Source of the DNA: Oscillospiraceae bacterium
Lineage (GTDB): Bacteria; Bacillota; Clostridia; Oscillospirales; CAG-272
Assembly (NCBI GenBank): GCA_015063895.1
Contig: SVTG01000001.1
Span: forward strand, 13,260-77,259
DNA length: 64,000 bases
Direction of reading: 5' to 3'
The notes under the pieces are model-generated. The model worked only from the letters and a program-made list of their open reading frames with translations, did not search any database and was not told the DNA's origin. The position numbers were made by a program, and so were the translations under genes. Every line of letters starts with the position of its first letter. Within the stretch, counting starts at the first letter, position 1. This document shows positions 1 through 9,442 of the stretch, piece by piece.

Positions 1-1
1 C

Positions 2-259
2 CTGCCCGTGTCGCTTGAAAAATCCGATTCGCGTGCCTTCCTGCCCGAAAACGGTGCGATCCGCATGCCGTTCTCGGCACTTGGCGGCGTTGGTGAAAAC
101 GCCGCGGAAAGCATTGTGGCGGCACGCAACGAGGAGCCCTTTTTCTCCATTGAGGATCTGCAGATCCGCGCAGGACTGAATAAGAGCGTGGTAGAAACGC
201 TGCGCCAGGCAGGCGTGCTTGACGGCATCAACGAAACCGATCAGCTTTCCTTTTTCTGA
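2..259 (+). CDS. polC: DNA polymerase III PolC-type, C-terminal end (5' part outside window)
   Basis: Frame is open to the window edge. The tail ...GGVGENAAESIVAARNEEPFFSIEDLQIRAGLNKSVVETLRQAGVL...QLSFF resembles the conserved PolC C-terminus. Confidence 0.7.
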   Translation: MPVSLEKSDSRAFLPENGAIRMPFSALGGVGENAAESIVAARNEEPFFSIEDLQIRAGLNKSVVETLRQAGVLDGINETDQLSFF

Positions 260-261
260 GT

Positions 262-969
262 ATGAATATCGTATATTATGACAGTCTCGCCTCTACCAAC
301 GACGAGGCGAAGAAAAGAGGCTTCGTGGGGGCACCGCACCTTTTTTGCGTGGCGGCAGCCACCCAGACCGCAGGGCGCGGCAGACTCGGGCGCCGCTTTC
401 TTTCACCGACAGGCGGCACGTATTTCAGCGTTGTGCTGCGCCCCACGCTTCCGCGTGCCGATTACGGCGTTATTACGCCGATCTGCGCGGTAGCTGTGCA
501 CCGTGCGCTCGTCAGGATCACAGGCATCGCGCCAGAGATCAAATGGGTCAACGACCTCCTGCTTGACGAAAAAAAGCTCTGTGGCATTCTCTCGGAAGCC
601 ACGAGTGATCAAAACGGAGATCCCTTCGTGGTGCTCGGCATTGGTATCAATACGGGAAGGGGGCCGCTACCCTTGGAAATTGCCGATATTGCCACCGCTT
701 TGCCCGTTGACGATAAAAATGCCTTGATCACGGCTGTTTTAGAGGAGCTTTCCTTGCTCGACGATGCATTTTTGACGGGTGAGTGGTGCGATTATTACCG
801 CCGCTATGCTGCGTTTCTCGGCCATAGCGTAACACTGACCGATGCAAAGGGCTCACAATGCGTCAATGCCCTTGATATTGACGGGAGGGGCGGACTTGTG
901 GTAGAGCTTGCCGACGGTACCGTTACCACGCTTTACGGCGGCGAAATTTCCTTGCGCCAAAACAAATAA
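262..969 (+). CDS. birA: biotin--[acetyl-CoA-carboxylase] ligase, group I (no N-terminal HTH)
   Basis: 235 aa. GRGRLGRRF and KWVNDLL motifs are typical of biotin protein ligases. Confidence 0.85.
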   Translation: MNIVYYDSLASTNDEAKKRGFVGAPHLFCVAAATQTAGRGRLGRRFLSPTGGTYFSVVLRPTLPRADYGVITPICAVAVHRALVRITGIAPEIKWVNDLLLDEKKLCGILSEATSDQNGDPFVVLGIGINTGRGPLPLEIADIATALPVDDKNALITAVLEELSLLDDAFLTGEWCDYYRRYAAFLGHSVTLTDAKGSQCVNALDIDGRGGLVVELADGTVTTLYGGEISLRQNK

Positions 970-1008
970 TTTGACATAATCTTGTAATAAAGGGATTGTG
1001 TCGGAGAG

Positions 1009-1046
1009 AAAAAACCGATTTCGACTCACCGAAATCGGTTTTTTTA
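1009..1046 (+). terminator. rho-independent terminator after birA
   Basis: AAAAAACCGATTTCG-ACTCAC-CGAAATCGGTTTTTTT: perfect stem followed by a T-run. Confidence 0.8.
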
Positions 1047-1069
1047 TTGTCATTTGAGTAGGAGAGCTT

Positions 1070-1960
1070 ATGTCATTTGAAACAACACTTACGGTTTTAG
1101 GGGGAGATCTGCGGCAAGCGGCCGTTGCCTCGCGCCTGACGGCTTCGTACCGTGTGCTGGCGTGGGCGGTGCCGCAGCGGCATCTTTTACCTCTTGTCAT
1201 AGAACAAAAGGATTGGCGAAGTGCCGTAGCAGCGGCCGATATTCTGGTGCTGCCACTACCGGCTTCACCCGATAGCAAGCACGTATACGCCCCGTTTTGC
1301 GAGGATAGGGAAAAGCCACCGCAGATCGGCGAGGTGCTTGCCGCAGTACAAAGTGGCGTGCTTGTAGCGGGTGGGCGACTCTCGCGCGGCGTGCGTGAAT
1401 TATTGGAATCACGGCATCTTCCTTATTTTGATTATTTTGAGAATGAGCGGTTACAGCAAGCAAATGCCATTCCTACGGCCGAAGGGGCGGTTGAGATCTT
1501 GATGCGCGAGATACCGCGCACGGTAAACGGTCTTTCCGTGGCCATCACGGGCTTCGGGCGCGTGGGGCAGGCACTGGCGCGATTGCTGATCGCCATGGGT
1601 GCTAAGGTCACGGTGGCAGCAAGGAGGCACGAGGTGCTTTGGGAGGCAGAGGCTATGGGGTGCGAGGTGCTCCTCCTTGAAAATGCCGCCAGCCTTACGG
1701 AGCTTCGGGAATGCGATGCTGTTTTTAACACGGTGCCTCAGCAGATCTTTACAAAAGAGGTCTTACAGGCCTTGCCCTTGTCATTGCTGCTGGTAGATCT
1801 GGCGTCAACGCCCGGAGGATTTGAAAATAGCGCCCTCGCAGCACTGGGGCGCCGCGTGATCTTTGCGCTGTCCTTACCCGGTAAATATGCACCCTTGACG
1901 GCGGGCGAGATCATTGCCGATACTATTTTGGAAAAAATCGCGCAAGGGGGGAGAGTATGA
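1070..1960 (+). CDS. dpaA: dipicolinate synthase subunit A
   Basis: 296 aa with a Rossmann-type GFGRVG motif. Overlaps the flavoprotein-like partner gene by 4 nt. Overall resemblance to SpoVFA. Confidence 0.8.
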   Translation: MSFETTLTVLGGDLRQAAVASRLTASYRVLAWAVPQRHLLPLVIEQKDWRSAVAAADILVLPLPASPDSKHVYAPFCEDREKPPQIGEVLAAVQSGVLVAGGRLSRGVRELLESRHLPYFDYFENERLQQANAIPTAEGAVEILMREIPRTVNGLSVAITGFGRVGQALARLLIAMGAKVTVAARRHEVLWEAEAMGCEVLLLENAASLTELRECDAVFNTVPQQIFTKEVLQALPLSLLLVDLASTPGGFENSALAALGRRVIFALSLPGKYAPLTAGEIIADTILEKIAQGGRV

Positions 1961-2517
1961 TCGGATTTGCACTTTGCGGCTCGTTTTGTACGGTGCGTAC
2001 GGCGCTGGTGGAGATGGAGCGGCTTTGCGCTGTGAATGAGGTGCAGGGAATCGTCAGCGAAACTGTGTTCGCCACCGATACGCGCTTTGCCCGTGCCGCT
2101 GACGTTATAGAGGAGATCGGGCAAATTACGGGCAAGCCTGTGATCCATAGCATCGTGGAGGCGGAGCCCTTGGGGCCGCGTGTGCCGCTTGATGCCTTGA
2201 TCATTTGTCCTTGTACCGGGAATACGTTGGCAAAAATGGCAAACGGTATTACCGATACGGCTGTTACCATGGCGGCAAAGGCGCATCTGCGCAGCGATCG
2301 TCCGTTGGTGATCGCTCTTGCTTCAAACGATGCACTTTCCTCAAACCTGAAAAACATCGGCGCGCTTCTCACGCGCAAAAACGTATATTTTGTGCCGATG
2401 CGACAGGACGACCCCAAGGATAAGCCGCATTCGCTGGTAGCGGATTTCGGAAAGCTACAAGAAACGCTGGAGGCAGCGCTGAAGGGTAAGCAATATCAGC
2501 GGCTGTTTCAAATATAA
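1957..2517 (+). CDS. dpaB: dipicolinate synthase subunit B
   Basis: 186 aa. N-terminus MIGFALCGSFCT and ...PCTGNTLAKMANGITD... are typical of SpoVFB flavoprotein-fold subunits. Translationally coupled to dpaA. Confidence 0.8.
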   Translation: MIGFALCGSFCTVRTALVEMERLCAVNEVQGIVSETVFATDTRFARAADVIEEIGQITGKPVIHSIVEAEPLGPRVPLDALIICPCTGNTLAKMANGITDTAVTMAAKAHLRSDRPLVIALASNDALSSNLKNIGALLTRKNVYFVPMRQDDPKDKPHSLVADFGKLQETLEAALKGKQYQRLFQI

Positions 2518-2520
2518 ACA

Positions 2521-2550
2521 AAGGGGTGGCACCTCGGGTGCTACCCCTTT
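2521..2550. terminator. bidirectional terminator hairpin between convergent dpaB and the TVP38 gene
   Basis: AAGGGGTGGCACC-TCG-GGTGCTACCCCTT with T-rich flanks on both strands. Confidence 0.7.
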
Positions 2551-2556
2551 GCTGTT

Positions 2557-3252
2557 TTACTTAGTTTGCTCGGTTGGCTTGTCCTTTGCTTTTCGATAGC
2601 GTGAGAGCCATGCCGTCAGCGCGACGATCAGTAAAAAGGCCGCGATGAAAAGTGCAATTAAAAGGGGGGAACGCTCGCTGGCGGCGGCTCCGCCAAGCAC
2701 AGCCACCAAAATTCCCGGCAGACGTCCGACAGTGGAGATCAGCATAAAGGTGCCAAGGGGCATCGCGGTAAGACCCATGAAATATGCCAGCATGTCCTTG
2801 GGAACACCGGGAATCAAAAAGAAGATAAATGCAAACAAAGTACGCTGTTTGCTTGTTCTTAAAAACGACACTTTTTGCAGTTTTTCTTCGTTATAGAACA
2901 TTTTCACCACACCCGCGCCAAAAATGCGCGATAACCAAAATGCGATCACGGAGCCGATCAGCGCCCCTGCGGTCGTGAGCAGAACACCCCACAAAACACC
3001 GAAGGAATAGCCTGCCACCACCTCGAAGGGGTGACCGGGAACAGGGGCTAAAATGACTTGAGCCGCCATGAGTGCGACAAACAAAAGCTTGCCCCCAAAG
3101 CCGTAGCTCTCCATGCGTGCACGAAATGCCTGCGGATCTGCCACCATCTCGGTCAGGCTGTCCCAGAACAGCACCGTGCCCGCAGCCACGGCCAGTAGCA
3201 AAAACGAAAAGAAGGCTATGGCGGCGGCACGCCGCTTGGTACTATTTTGCAT
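2557..3252 (-). CDS. TVP38/TMEM64 (DedA/SNARE-associated) family membrane protein
   Basis: 231 aa with multiple TM segments. The ...VPGHPFEVVAGYSFG... core is typical of the family. Confidence 0.7.
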   Translation of the reverse strand: MQNSTKRRAAAIAFFSFLLLAVAAGTVLFWDSLTEMVADPQAFRARMESYGFGGKLLFVALMAAQVILAPVPGHPFEVVAGYSFGVLWGVLLTTAGALIGSVIAFWLSRIFGAGVVKMFYNEEKLQKVSFLRTSKQRTLFAFIFFLIPGVPKDMLAYFMGLTAMPLGTFMLISTVGRLPGILVAVLGGAAASERSPLLIALFIAAFLLIVALTAWLSRYRKAKDKPTEQTK

Positions 3253-3327
3253 CCGGAGCCCTCCTTTCGTAATTGTTGGGGATCGCCGTTATTGTAGCAC
3301 AAAACGAGTTAAAATACAAGTGAGAAT

Positions 3328-6300
3328 TTACTCTTTTACGAGCCGACATTGCGGGGCGGTGAGCAATCCCTGCTCGGATAAGGTGTATTCGTAGGCAAAG
3401 GCGTCGTTCTTGGTGCGCCAGGTGCCTGCCCCCAGCCATTCGCGGCGGCGGTCGGTCATATGAACGGGGCCGAAGCCGTTGGTGCGGTTGATATAAAGGT
3501 CAAGCGTCAGCGTGTGTGTGCCCGCTCCTGCGGGGAGCGTGGCCAGGTAGGGGGAAAGGGATAGCTGCACGGGCTCACCGCCGTCAAGCGAGGCCAGGAC
3601 CGTCGCGGCGCGGTATTGGGGTACGCAGATCTGCAGCTGAGCGTCCTCGGGGAGGCTTACGGGCAGATGATACGAGAGCTTGCCGCTGTAAAAGGGCAGG
3701 CCCTGCGCCGTGATCGTGCTGAAGCCAAGCCTTTCGGGCAGGGCACAAAGGCGCTTCTCGCGTCCCGTGACGCGCACGCCGAAGCCGCCTAACAGATAGC
3801 ACCATTCGAGCGTACTGCGTTCCCCGTAGGGGAGGGTCAGCACGAGCGTGTGCGTGCCGCGCGTAATGGGTGGCAGCGCCACGCGTTTGATGGCAATATC
3901 TACGTAATAGCCGCAGGGAATATTGGCAACCTCGCAGCCGTCAAGTTGAATTTGGGCGGTGTCGGGAATTTCGCTTGCCAGCGCTACGTTAACGAGGTCA
4001 ACCTCGCTTTCCACGGTGAAGCGGAGTGAAACCGTATGCGTGGGGGTCTCCTCAGACAGACACCAGGGCTGGCAGTCGTCGCCGTTTTGCACGCGCAGAC
4101 CGAGCATCTCACGGATGGCGTCGTTGGCGCGCATCATTTCCTCAACAGGATGCCATGCGCCGCCGTCAACGGCATATTCCGCCATATCAAGCAGCAGGGC
4201 GTTAGGCTCGTGAAGCGTAAACGCGGCGCTGCTCGGTAGGCAAAGGGGCGTGAGTGCTTGCTTGGCCGTTGTCGGTGAGGCAGTTTCCTCGTCGGTTGCA
4301 GGCGTGAGGTATAACAGGAGGCTATCGTAGGGATAAAAGATCTTTTCTATTTGCGTGGCGTCGCCCGTCAGCGTGACGGGATAGGGCCTGACCTCACCCG
4401 TCAGGGTGTCGTAAAGCGTTGCCTGCCAACGGCCCTTGACGGTGATAAGGCGCTTGTCGGCGTTGGAAATATCCTTGTTGTAGGGCATAACGGCCTTGGT
4501 GACGAAGAGCCAGCGCCCCTCACCGTCGTTACGCAGGGCGTAGATCATATCACCCGATTGCTTGCCCTTATCGGTCTTGATGCTCACCGTGCGGTAGGGT
4601 GCAAGGGCTGCAAGCAGCGCGGCACGCGTGGGGGATATCCTCACGGCATCGGCCAGCGCTTCGGCCGCATCGTGGGCACGCACACCGTCCACGTGCTTTG
4701 GTATGTCGCCCATAACGATCAGCCTGCCGCCTGCCTTGGTAAAGGCCTGTAAGCGGTCAAGCGTGGTCCTGCGCAGCGTGTCGACGGGCGGGATCACCAC
4801 GGCGTCGTAGGCCATCTCGCCCACCTGCAGCGGCGCGCCGCCTACGGGACAGAGCGCGGGGAGGGTGGATTCGCAAATGTAATCGAAATCAAGTGTGCCG
4901 AACAGCAGCCAGGAGGTCACGCTCTTGAAGGCGTTGCCGAGATCCTCGCGTATCGCGCCGGTTTTGTCCTCGGGGCCGTCGTTGAGCCAGTTGCTTTCGA
5001 TCGGGTGAATGACGCCGATGTGCACCACGGGCTTACCGCGCGTGAGAGCGGTATTCAGACGGGCGTAATGATCCTCTACGTAGTGATACTCGCCGTACCA
5101 CGGGGAATGATAATGGAAGGAGGCGGGGTAATCGCGCTTGGCACCGCCCTTCATCGAATACCACGAGAGATGAGGCACGCGCACCGTCACGCCCAGCGCC
5201 GCCTGCCAGTCGCCCTGCATCTTATGGCCGCGAAAATCGTTATCCCAGCCCGTCACGCCGTAAAGCTCGGAGAGCATCGCCTCGCGTCCGTATTGGTGCT
5301 TGGCGGATTGCGCCTGCTTGGCGGTGGTAAATTCGTATTTGTTGCAAAGAATATCGATGCCGGGAATTTCAAAGCCGCGGTAGGAGCGCATTGCTTCGCC
5401 TACGGCGTGCGTCTGGCCGCCGAGCGTCGGCTCGGCCATCACGTGGCCCGTCAGGGCAATGCCGTTTTTCTTGCACCAAGCACCGATATTGTCGGCAAAG
5501 GCGTTGACGAAGCGCTCTGTAAGATGGTCGAAATACTGATAGCGCAGGGGCGAGGAGATACCGTCCTTTAACTGCCAGATAAGCTCGGGGATCGCGGCGA
5601 TCAGGCCTTTGCCCGTGGCCGACTTAAAGCTTTCGTCAAGGTCGGTGGTGAAGGGGAGCAGCATATCAACGGGGCCAAGAGAGTCATCCAGCGTGTAATT
5701 CGTGACAATGCTGTATTGTGGCTCGTCGGTAAATATAGCGGGCACAGCACCGCCGAAATCCTCGCCCACCGTCGCCTTGAATTTTTCGTGCGTGCTTTCG
5801 ATAAAGAGATCGATAGCCTCCTTTGAAAGCGTGTCAACGTACGCCGTGTCATTGAAGCGCGGGCTTGGCGGCAGGGTGCGCAAATAGGCGTAAAGTAAAC
5901 GCCCCTGCGCCACCTCGCCTCTGGCGAGCATACGGTAGGAAGTGAGATTGCCCTCGCCGTCAAGGCATACGTCAAAGCGCGCCAGCAGCTCGTCGGGCAG
6001 GCTTTCGGTCTTTTGCGGCTTTGGTGCGGTGCTAAGATACAGTCGCTTGGCGCGACGTGCGGGATCACCCGTCACGAGCCCGCCCGCAAACCCCGAGGGG
6101 TAGCGATCCTCATCGTACAGCCACGCCAGCATATCAAGGCGCTTGGCTTCCTCCACGCAGGCCCTCGTCAGGTCAAGAAATTCCTCTGAAAGGTAGGGTG
6201 TCGCCATACCGTAACGCACGTGCATATGAAAGCCGCCGAAGCCCATTTTCTTGAAAATACTGATCTGACGCAGCAGCTCGTTTTTCTCAAGCTGCCCGTT

Positions 6301-6393
6301 CCAAGCCCAGAAGGGCGTGCCGCGATACTCGGCCGTTGGGTTGGCGAAGAGTGTGGGAGATAGCGTTTTTTTGCGGTTTTTCGGGTAAAGCAC
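3328..6393 (-). CDS. large putative glycoside hydrolase (family not assigned)
   Basis: 1021-aa uninterrupted ORF with a GTG start 6 nt after AGGAGG. The N-terminal ...GTPFWAWNGQLEKNELLRQISIFKKMGFGGFHMH... resembles uncharacterised glycosyl-hydrolase/jelly-roll proteins. Confidence 0.55.
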   Translation of the reverse strand: MLYPKNRKKTLSPTLFANPTAEYRGTPFWAWNGQLEKNELLRQISIFKKMGFGGFHMHVRYGMATPYLSEEFLDLTRACVEEAKRLDMLAWLYDEDRYPSGFAGGLVTGDPARRAKRLYLSTAPKPQKTESLPDELLARFDVCLDGEGNLTSYRMLARGEVAQGRLLYAYLRTLPPSPRFNDTAYVDTLSKEAIDLFIESTHEKFKATVGEDFGGAVPAIFTDEPQYSIVTNYTLDDSLGPVDMLLPFTTDLDESFKSATGKGLIAAIPELIWQLKDGISSPLRYQYFDHLTERFVNAFADNIGAWCKKNGIALTGHVMAEPTLGGQTHAVGEAMRSYRGFEIPGIDILCNKYEFTTAKQAQSAKHQYGREAMLSELYGVTGWDNDFRGHKMQGDWQAALGVTVRVPHLSWYSMKGGAKRDYPASFHYHSPWYGEYHYVEDHYARLNTALTRGKPVVHIGVIHPIESNWLNDGPEDKTGAIREDLGNAFKSVTSWLLFGTLDFDYICESTLPALCPVGGAPLQVGEMAYDAVVIPPVDTLRRTTLDRLQAFTKAGGRLIVMGDIPKHVDGVRAHDAAEALADAVRISPTRAALLAALAPYRTVSIKTDKGKQSGDMIYALRNDGEGRWLFVTKAVMPYNKDISNADKRLITVKGRWQATLYDTLTGEVRPYPVTLTGDATQIEKIFYPYDSLLLYLTPATDEETASPTTAKQALTPLCLPSSAAFTLHEPNALLLDMAEYAVDGGAWHPVEEMMRANDAIREMLGLRVQNGDDCQPWCLSEETPTHTVSLRFTVESEVDLVNVALASEIPDTAQIQLDGCEVANIPCGYYVDIAIKRVALPPITRGTHTLVLTLPYGERSTLEWCYLLGGFGVRVTGREKRLCALPERLGFSTITAQGLPFYSGKLSYHLPVSLPEDAQLQICVPQYRAATVLASLDGGEPVQLSLSPYLATLPAGAGTHTLTLDLYINRTNGFGPVHMTDRRREWLGAGTWRTKNDAFAYEYTLSEQGLLTAPQCRLVKE

Positions 6394-6597
6394 GGGGAAC
6401 CTCCTACGGCAAAAAAGTCTTTATGCTTATTGTAACACAGAAATGATAGCAATAAAACGACTTTTTTTCTCATCAAAAGCGCGTTATCGTTATGCTTTTG
6501 AAAACGAATTTGTCAAAATCTTGTCAAAAACCCTTTTCAAACGCGCAAATGCGTGCTATAATATATACAATATATTAAATTGCGGAGGACTTCTGCT

Positions 6598-8052
6598 ATG
6601 AAAAAAATTTCACGTAACCTCACGATGCTTTTTGACTACTATGAAATGTCGATGGCAAACGGCTATTTCAAAAAGGGCATGAAAGATACGATTGCCTACT
6701 TTGACGTTTTTTATCGTTCCAACCCCGATGACGGCGGCTATGCGATCGTAGCAGGGCTTGAGCAGGTGATCGAGTACATCAACGATCTGCATTTTGATGA
6801 GGACGATATTGCGTATCTGCGTGAGAAGGGCTGCTTTGATGAGGCATTCTTTCAGTATTTGCGCAGCTTTAAGTTCACGGGTGATATCTGGGCAGTGCCC
6901 GAGGGTACGGTCGTTTTCCCGGGTGAGCCTTTGATGACGGTGCGTGCTCCTACCATGGAGGCACAGCTGATAGAAACTTATATTCTGATGATGCTCAATC
7001 ACGAGTCCCTGATCGCTACCAAGGCGGCACGCATCACGCGCGCTGCCAAGGGCAGACCTGTCAGTGAATTCGGCTCTCGCCGTGCGCAGGGCGCCGATGC
7101 TGCCATTCTCGGTGCACGCGCCGCTTATATCGGCGGTGTGTCGGGCACAGCCTGTGCCATTGCAGATCAGGTCTACGGCGTACCTGCGTCGGGCACCATG
7201 GCGCACTCGTGGGTACAAATGTTTGACAGTGAATACGAGGCCTTTCGCGCTTATTGCGAGCTCTATCCCGATAGTGTGACGCTGCTTGTCGATACTTATA
7301 ACGTGCTTGAGTCGGGCGTGCCCAATGCCATTCGCGCCTTCCGCGATACGGGCGTGAAAAAGTGCGCCGTTCGCATCGACTCGGGCGACATTACCTATCT
7401 TTCCTGCAAGATCCGTGAAATGCTGGATGCCGCAGGCTTTGAGCATTGCAAGATCGTTGCCTCCAATTCGCTTGACGAGTACATTATCCGCGGTCTTTTG
7501 CTGCAGGGCGCAAAGGTTGACGCCTTTGGCGTCGGTGAGCGTCTGATCACCTCGAAATCGAATCCCGTTTTCGGCGGCGTTTACAAGCTCTGCGCCATTG
7601 AGGACGCGGCAGGGAATATTTTGCCAAAGATCAAGCTCAGTGAAAACGTCGGTAAGATCACCACACCTCATTTCAAAAAGGTATACCGTCTGTTCGGACG
7701 CGATACGGGAAAGGCCGAGGCAGACCTTATCTGTGTATACGACGAGGTGATCGACGATACCAAGCCCCTTGAGATCTTTGACCCCGAGAACACCTGGAAG
7801 ACCAAGGTGCTTGAGAATTTTGTGGCAAAGGAGCTGCTGGTGCCGATCTTTAAAAACGGTAAACAGGTATATGCCTTGCCCTCGCTTACCGAGATCCGCG
7901 AGCATTGCCAAGCCTCTCTTGCCAGCATCTGGGAGGAGGTCAAGCGCTTTGACAATCCTCATAATTATTACGTGGACCTTTCTCAAAAGCTTTGGGACGT
8001 GAAATACGGTATGATCAAGACTAAGCGTCACGACGCAAAAAAATCCAAATAA
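6598..8052 (+). CDS. pncB: nicotinate phosphoribosyltransferase
   Basis: ATG at 6598 lies after GGAGGA. LFDYYEMSMANGYF... and ...GTMAHSWVQ... motifs are typical of NAPRTase. Confidence 0.9.
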   Translation: MKKISRNLTMLFDYYEMSMANGYFKKGMKDTIAYFDVFYRSNPDDGGYAIVAGLEQVIEYINDLHFDEDDIAYLREKGCFDEAFFQYLRSFKFTGDIWAVPEGTVVFPGEPLMTVRAPTMEAQLIETYILMMLNHESLIATKAARITRAAKGRPVSEFGSRRAQGADAAILGARAAYIGGVSGTACAIADQVYGVPASGTMAHSWVQMFDSEYEAFRAYCELYPDSVTLLVDTYNVLESGVPNAIRAFRDTGVKKCAVRIDSGDITYLSCKIREMLDAAGFEHCKIVASNSLDEYIIRGLLLQGAKVDAFGVGERLITSKSNPVFGGVYKLCAIEDAAGNILPKIKLSENVGKITTPHFKKVYRLFGRDTGKAEADLICVYDEVIDDTKPLEIFDPENTWKTKVLENFVAKELLVPIFKNGKQVYALPSLTEIREHCQASLASIWEEVKRFDNPHNYYVDLSQKLWDVKYGMIKTKRHDAKKSK

Positions 8053-8088
8053 TACTGCAAAATCCGCCAAAATTTTTGCGCAAGTATC

Positions 8089-8117
8089 TTGACAATAAAA
8101 TAAGCGGTTGATATAAT
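8089..8117 (+). promoter_or_regulatory. consensus sigma-A type promoter of the pyr operon
   Basis: TTGACA (8089-8094), 17-nt spacer, TATAAT (8112-8117). Lies 82 nt upstream of the pyrC start. Confidence 0.65.
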
Positions 8118-8198
8118 AGTTAAGATAACTTACACACACTCGCGCGCACGCCACACACGTGGCGTGTCGCGCACACGATATGCGAAAGGAGTATTGTT

Positions 8199-9407
8199 GT
8201 GACGACGTTGCAGAACCTTAACACAAAATTGCTCAAGGCCGACAATATTTCTCCTGTCGTCACCGATGGTGACGCTCTTGCCGCTTCTGTTGATTTTCCC
8301 GAATATGTTGCTTTTCCCGGCTTTTGTGACGTGCACGTGCATTTCAGAGAGCCGGGCTTTTCTTATAAAGAAACGATTCAAAGCGGTTCTATGGCGGCTG
8401 CGGCAGGCGGTTATACGGCAGTATGCACGATGCCCAATCTTTCGCCCGTGCCCGATTCGCTCGCACACCTCGGTGAGCAGCTGGAGCTGATCGCGCAGGA
8501 CGCCGCGATCCGCGTGCTGCCATACGGCTCGATTACCGTGGGTCAGAAGGGGCAGATGCTTTCGGCTATGGAGGAGATGGCACCCTTTGTCGCCGCCTTT
8601 TCCGACGATGGCGTAGACGTGCGCTCGGATAGCTTGATGCGCGCGGCAATGGAAAAGGCCAAGTCGCTGGGGAAAATGATCGTAGCACATTGCGAGATCA
8701 AATACGAGGGTATCGGCTATATCCACGACGGCGAGTATGCCCGTGCCCACGACCACCGCGGCATCACCTCGGAAAGTGAGTATTTGCAGGTAGCACGCGA
8801 CATCGCACTTGCAAAGGAAACCGGGTGTGCTTATCACGTATGTCACATCTCCACTAAGGAGAGCGTGGCGCTGATCCGCGAGGCCAAGCGGCAGGGCATA
8901 AACGTGACCTGTGAAACCGGCCCCCACTATCTTGTGCTTGACGACAGTCATCTGCGCGAGGAGGGGCGCTTTAAGATGAATCCGCCACTCCGCGCCGCCG
9001 CCGACCGCGAGGCGCTGCTCGCGGGGCTTGCTGACGGCACGATCGATATGATCGCTACCGACCACGCGCCTCACTCGGCCGAGGAAAAGGCAAGGGGACT
9101 TGCCGGCAGTGCCTTTGGCATCGTCGGGCTTGAAACTGCTTTTCCCGTTCTTTATACAAAGCTGGTGCGCGAGGGTGTGATTTCGCTTGAAAAGCTGATC
9201 GACCTGATGTCGGGGGCGCCCCGTCGCCGCTTCGGGCTACCGGTCGGTAACGATTTTACGGTCTTTGATCTTAATACGGTGCAGGCAGTCGATCCCGATA
9301 AATTCCTTTCAAAGGGGCGTGCTACGCCCTTTGCAGGCTGGGAGCTGTACGGCAAATGCCTGATGACCGTGCATGACGGTCACGTCGTTTACAAAAGTCA
9401 AAAATAA
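8199..9407 (+). CDS. pyrC: dihydroorotase
   Basis: GTG start after AAGGAG. DVHVHFREPG metal-binding motif, ...ATDHAPH... Confidence 0.9.
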   Translation: MTTLQNLNTKLLKADNISPVVTDGDALAASVDFPEYVAFPGFCDVHVHFREPGFSYKETIQSGSMAAAAGGYTAVCTMPNLSPVPDSLAHLGEQLELIAQDAAIRVLPYGSITVGQKGQMLSAMEEMAPFVAAFSDDGVDVRSDSLMRAAMEKAKSLGKMIVAHCEIKYEGIGYIHDGEYARAHDHRGITSESEYLQVARDIALAKETGCAYHVCHISTKESVALIREAKRQGINVTCETGPHYLVLDDSHLREEGRFKMNPPLRAAADREALLAGLADGTIDMIATDHAPHSAEEKARGLAGSAFGIVGLETAFPVLYTKLVREGVISLEKLIDLMSGAPRRRFGLPVGNDFTVFDLNTVQAVDPDKFLSKGRATPFAGWELYGKCLMTVHDGHVVYKSQK

Positions 9408-9442
9408 AAATTTATCATAGATAACAAAAGGGAGGCTCTTTT

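Noticed and set aside
6510-6529. Direct repeat TTGTCAAAA x2 upstream of pncB as a possible NAD-regulator operator
   Set aside because: It does not match any NiaR/NadR/NrtR operator I can recall. It may just be overlapping -35-like boxes, so the evidence is too weak to report.
6610-8154. 514-aa minus-strand ORF opposite pncB
   Set aside because: It overlaps the clearly homologous pncB frame throughout. It has no RBS and an Arg/His/Leu-rich shadow composition, so it is an antisense artefact of a GC-biased coding region.
8118-8198. PyrR-dependent attenuator in the pyr leader
   Set aside because: The hairpin lacks a following U-tract, I see no PyrR-binding loop consensus, and no pyrR gene is nearby.
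8130-9074. 314-aa minus-strand ORF opposite pyrC
   Set aside because: Shadow ORF of pyrC. No recognisable motifs.
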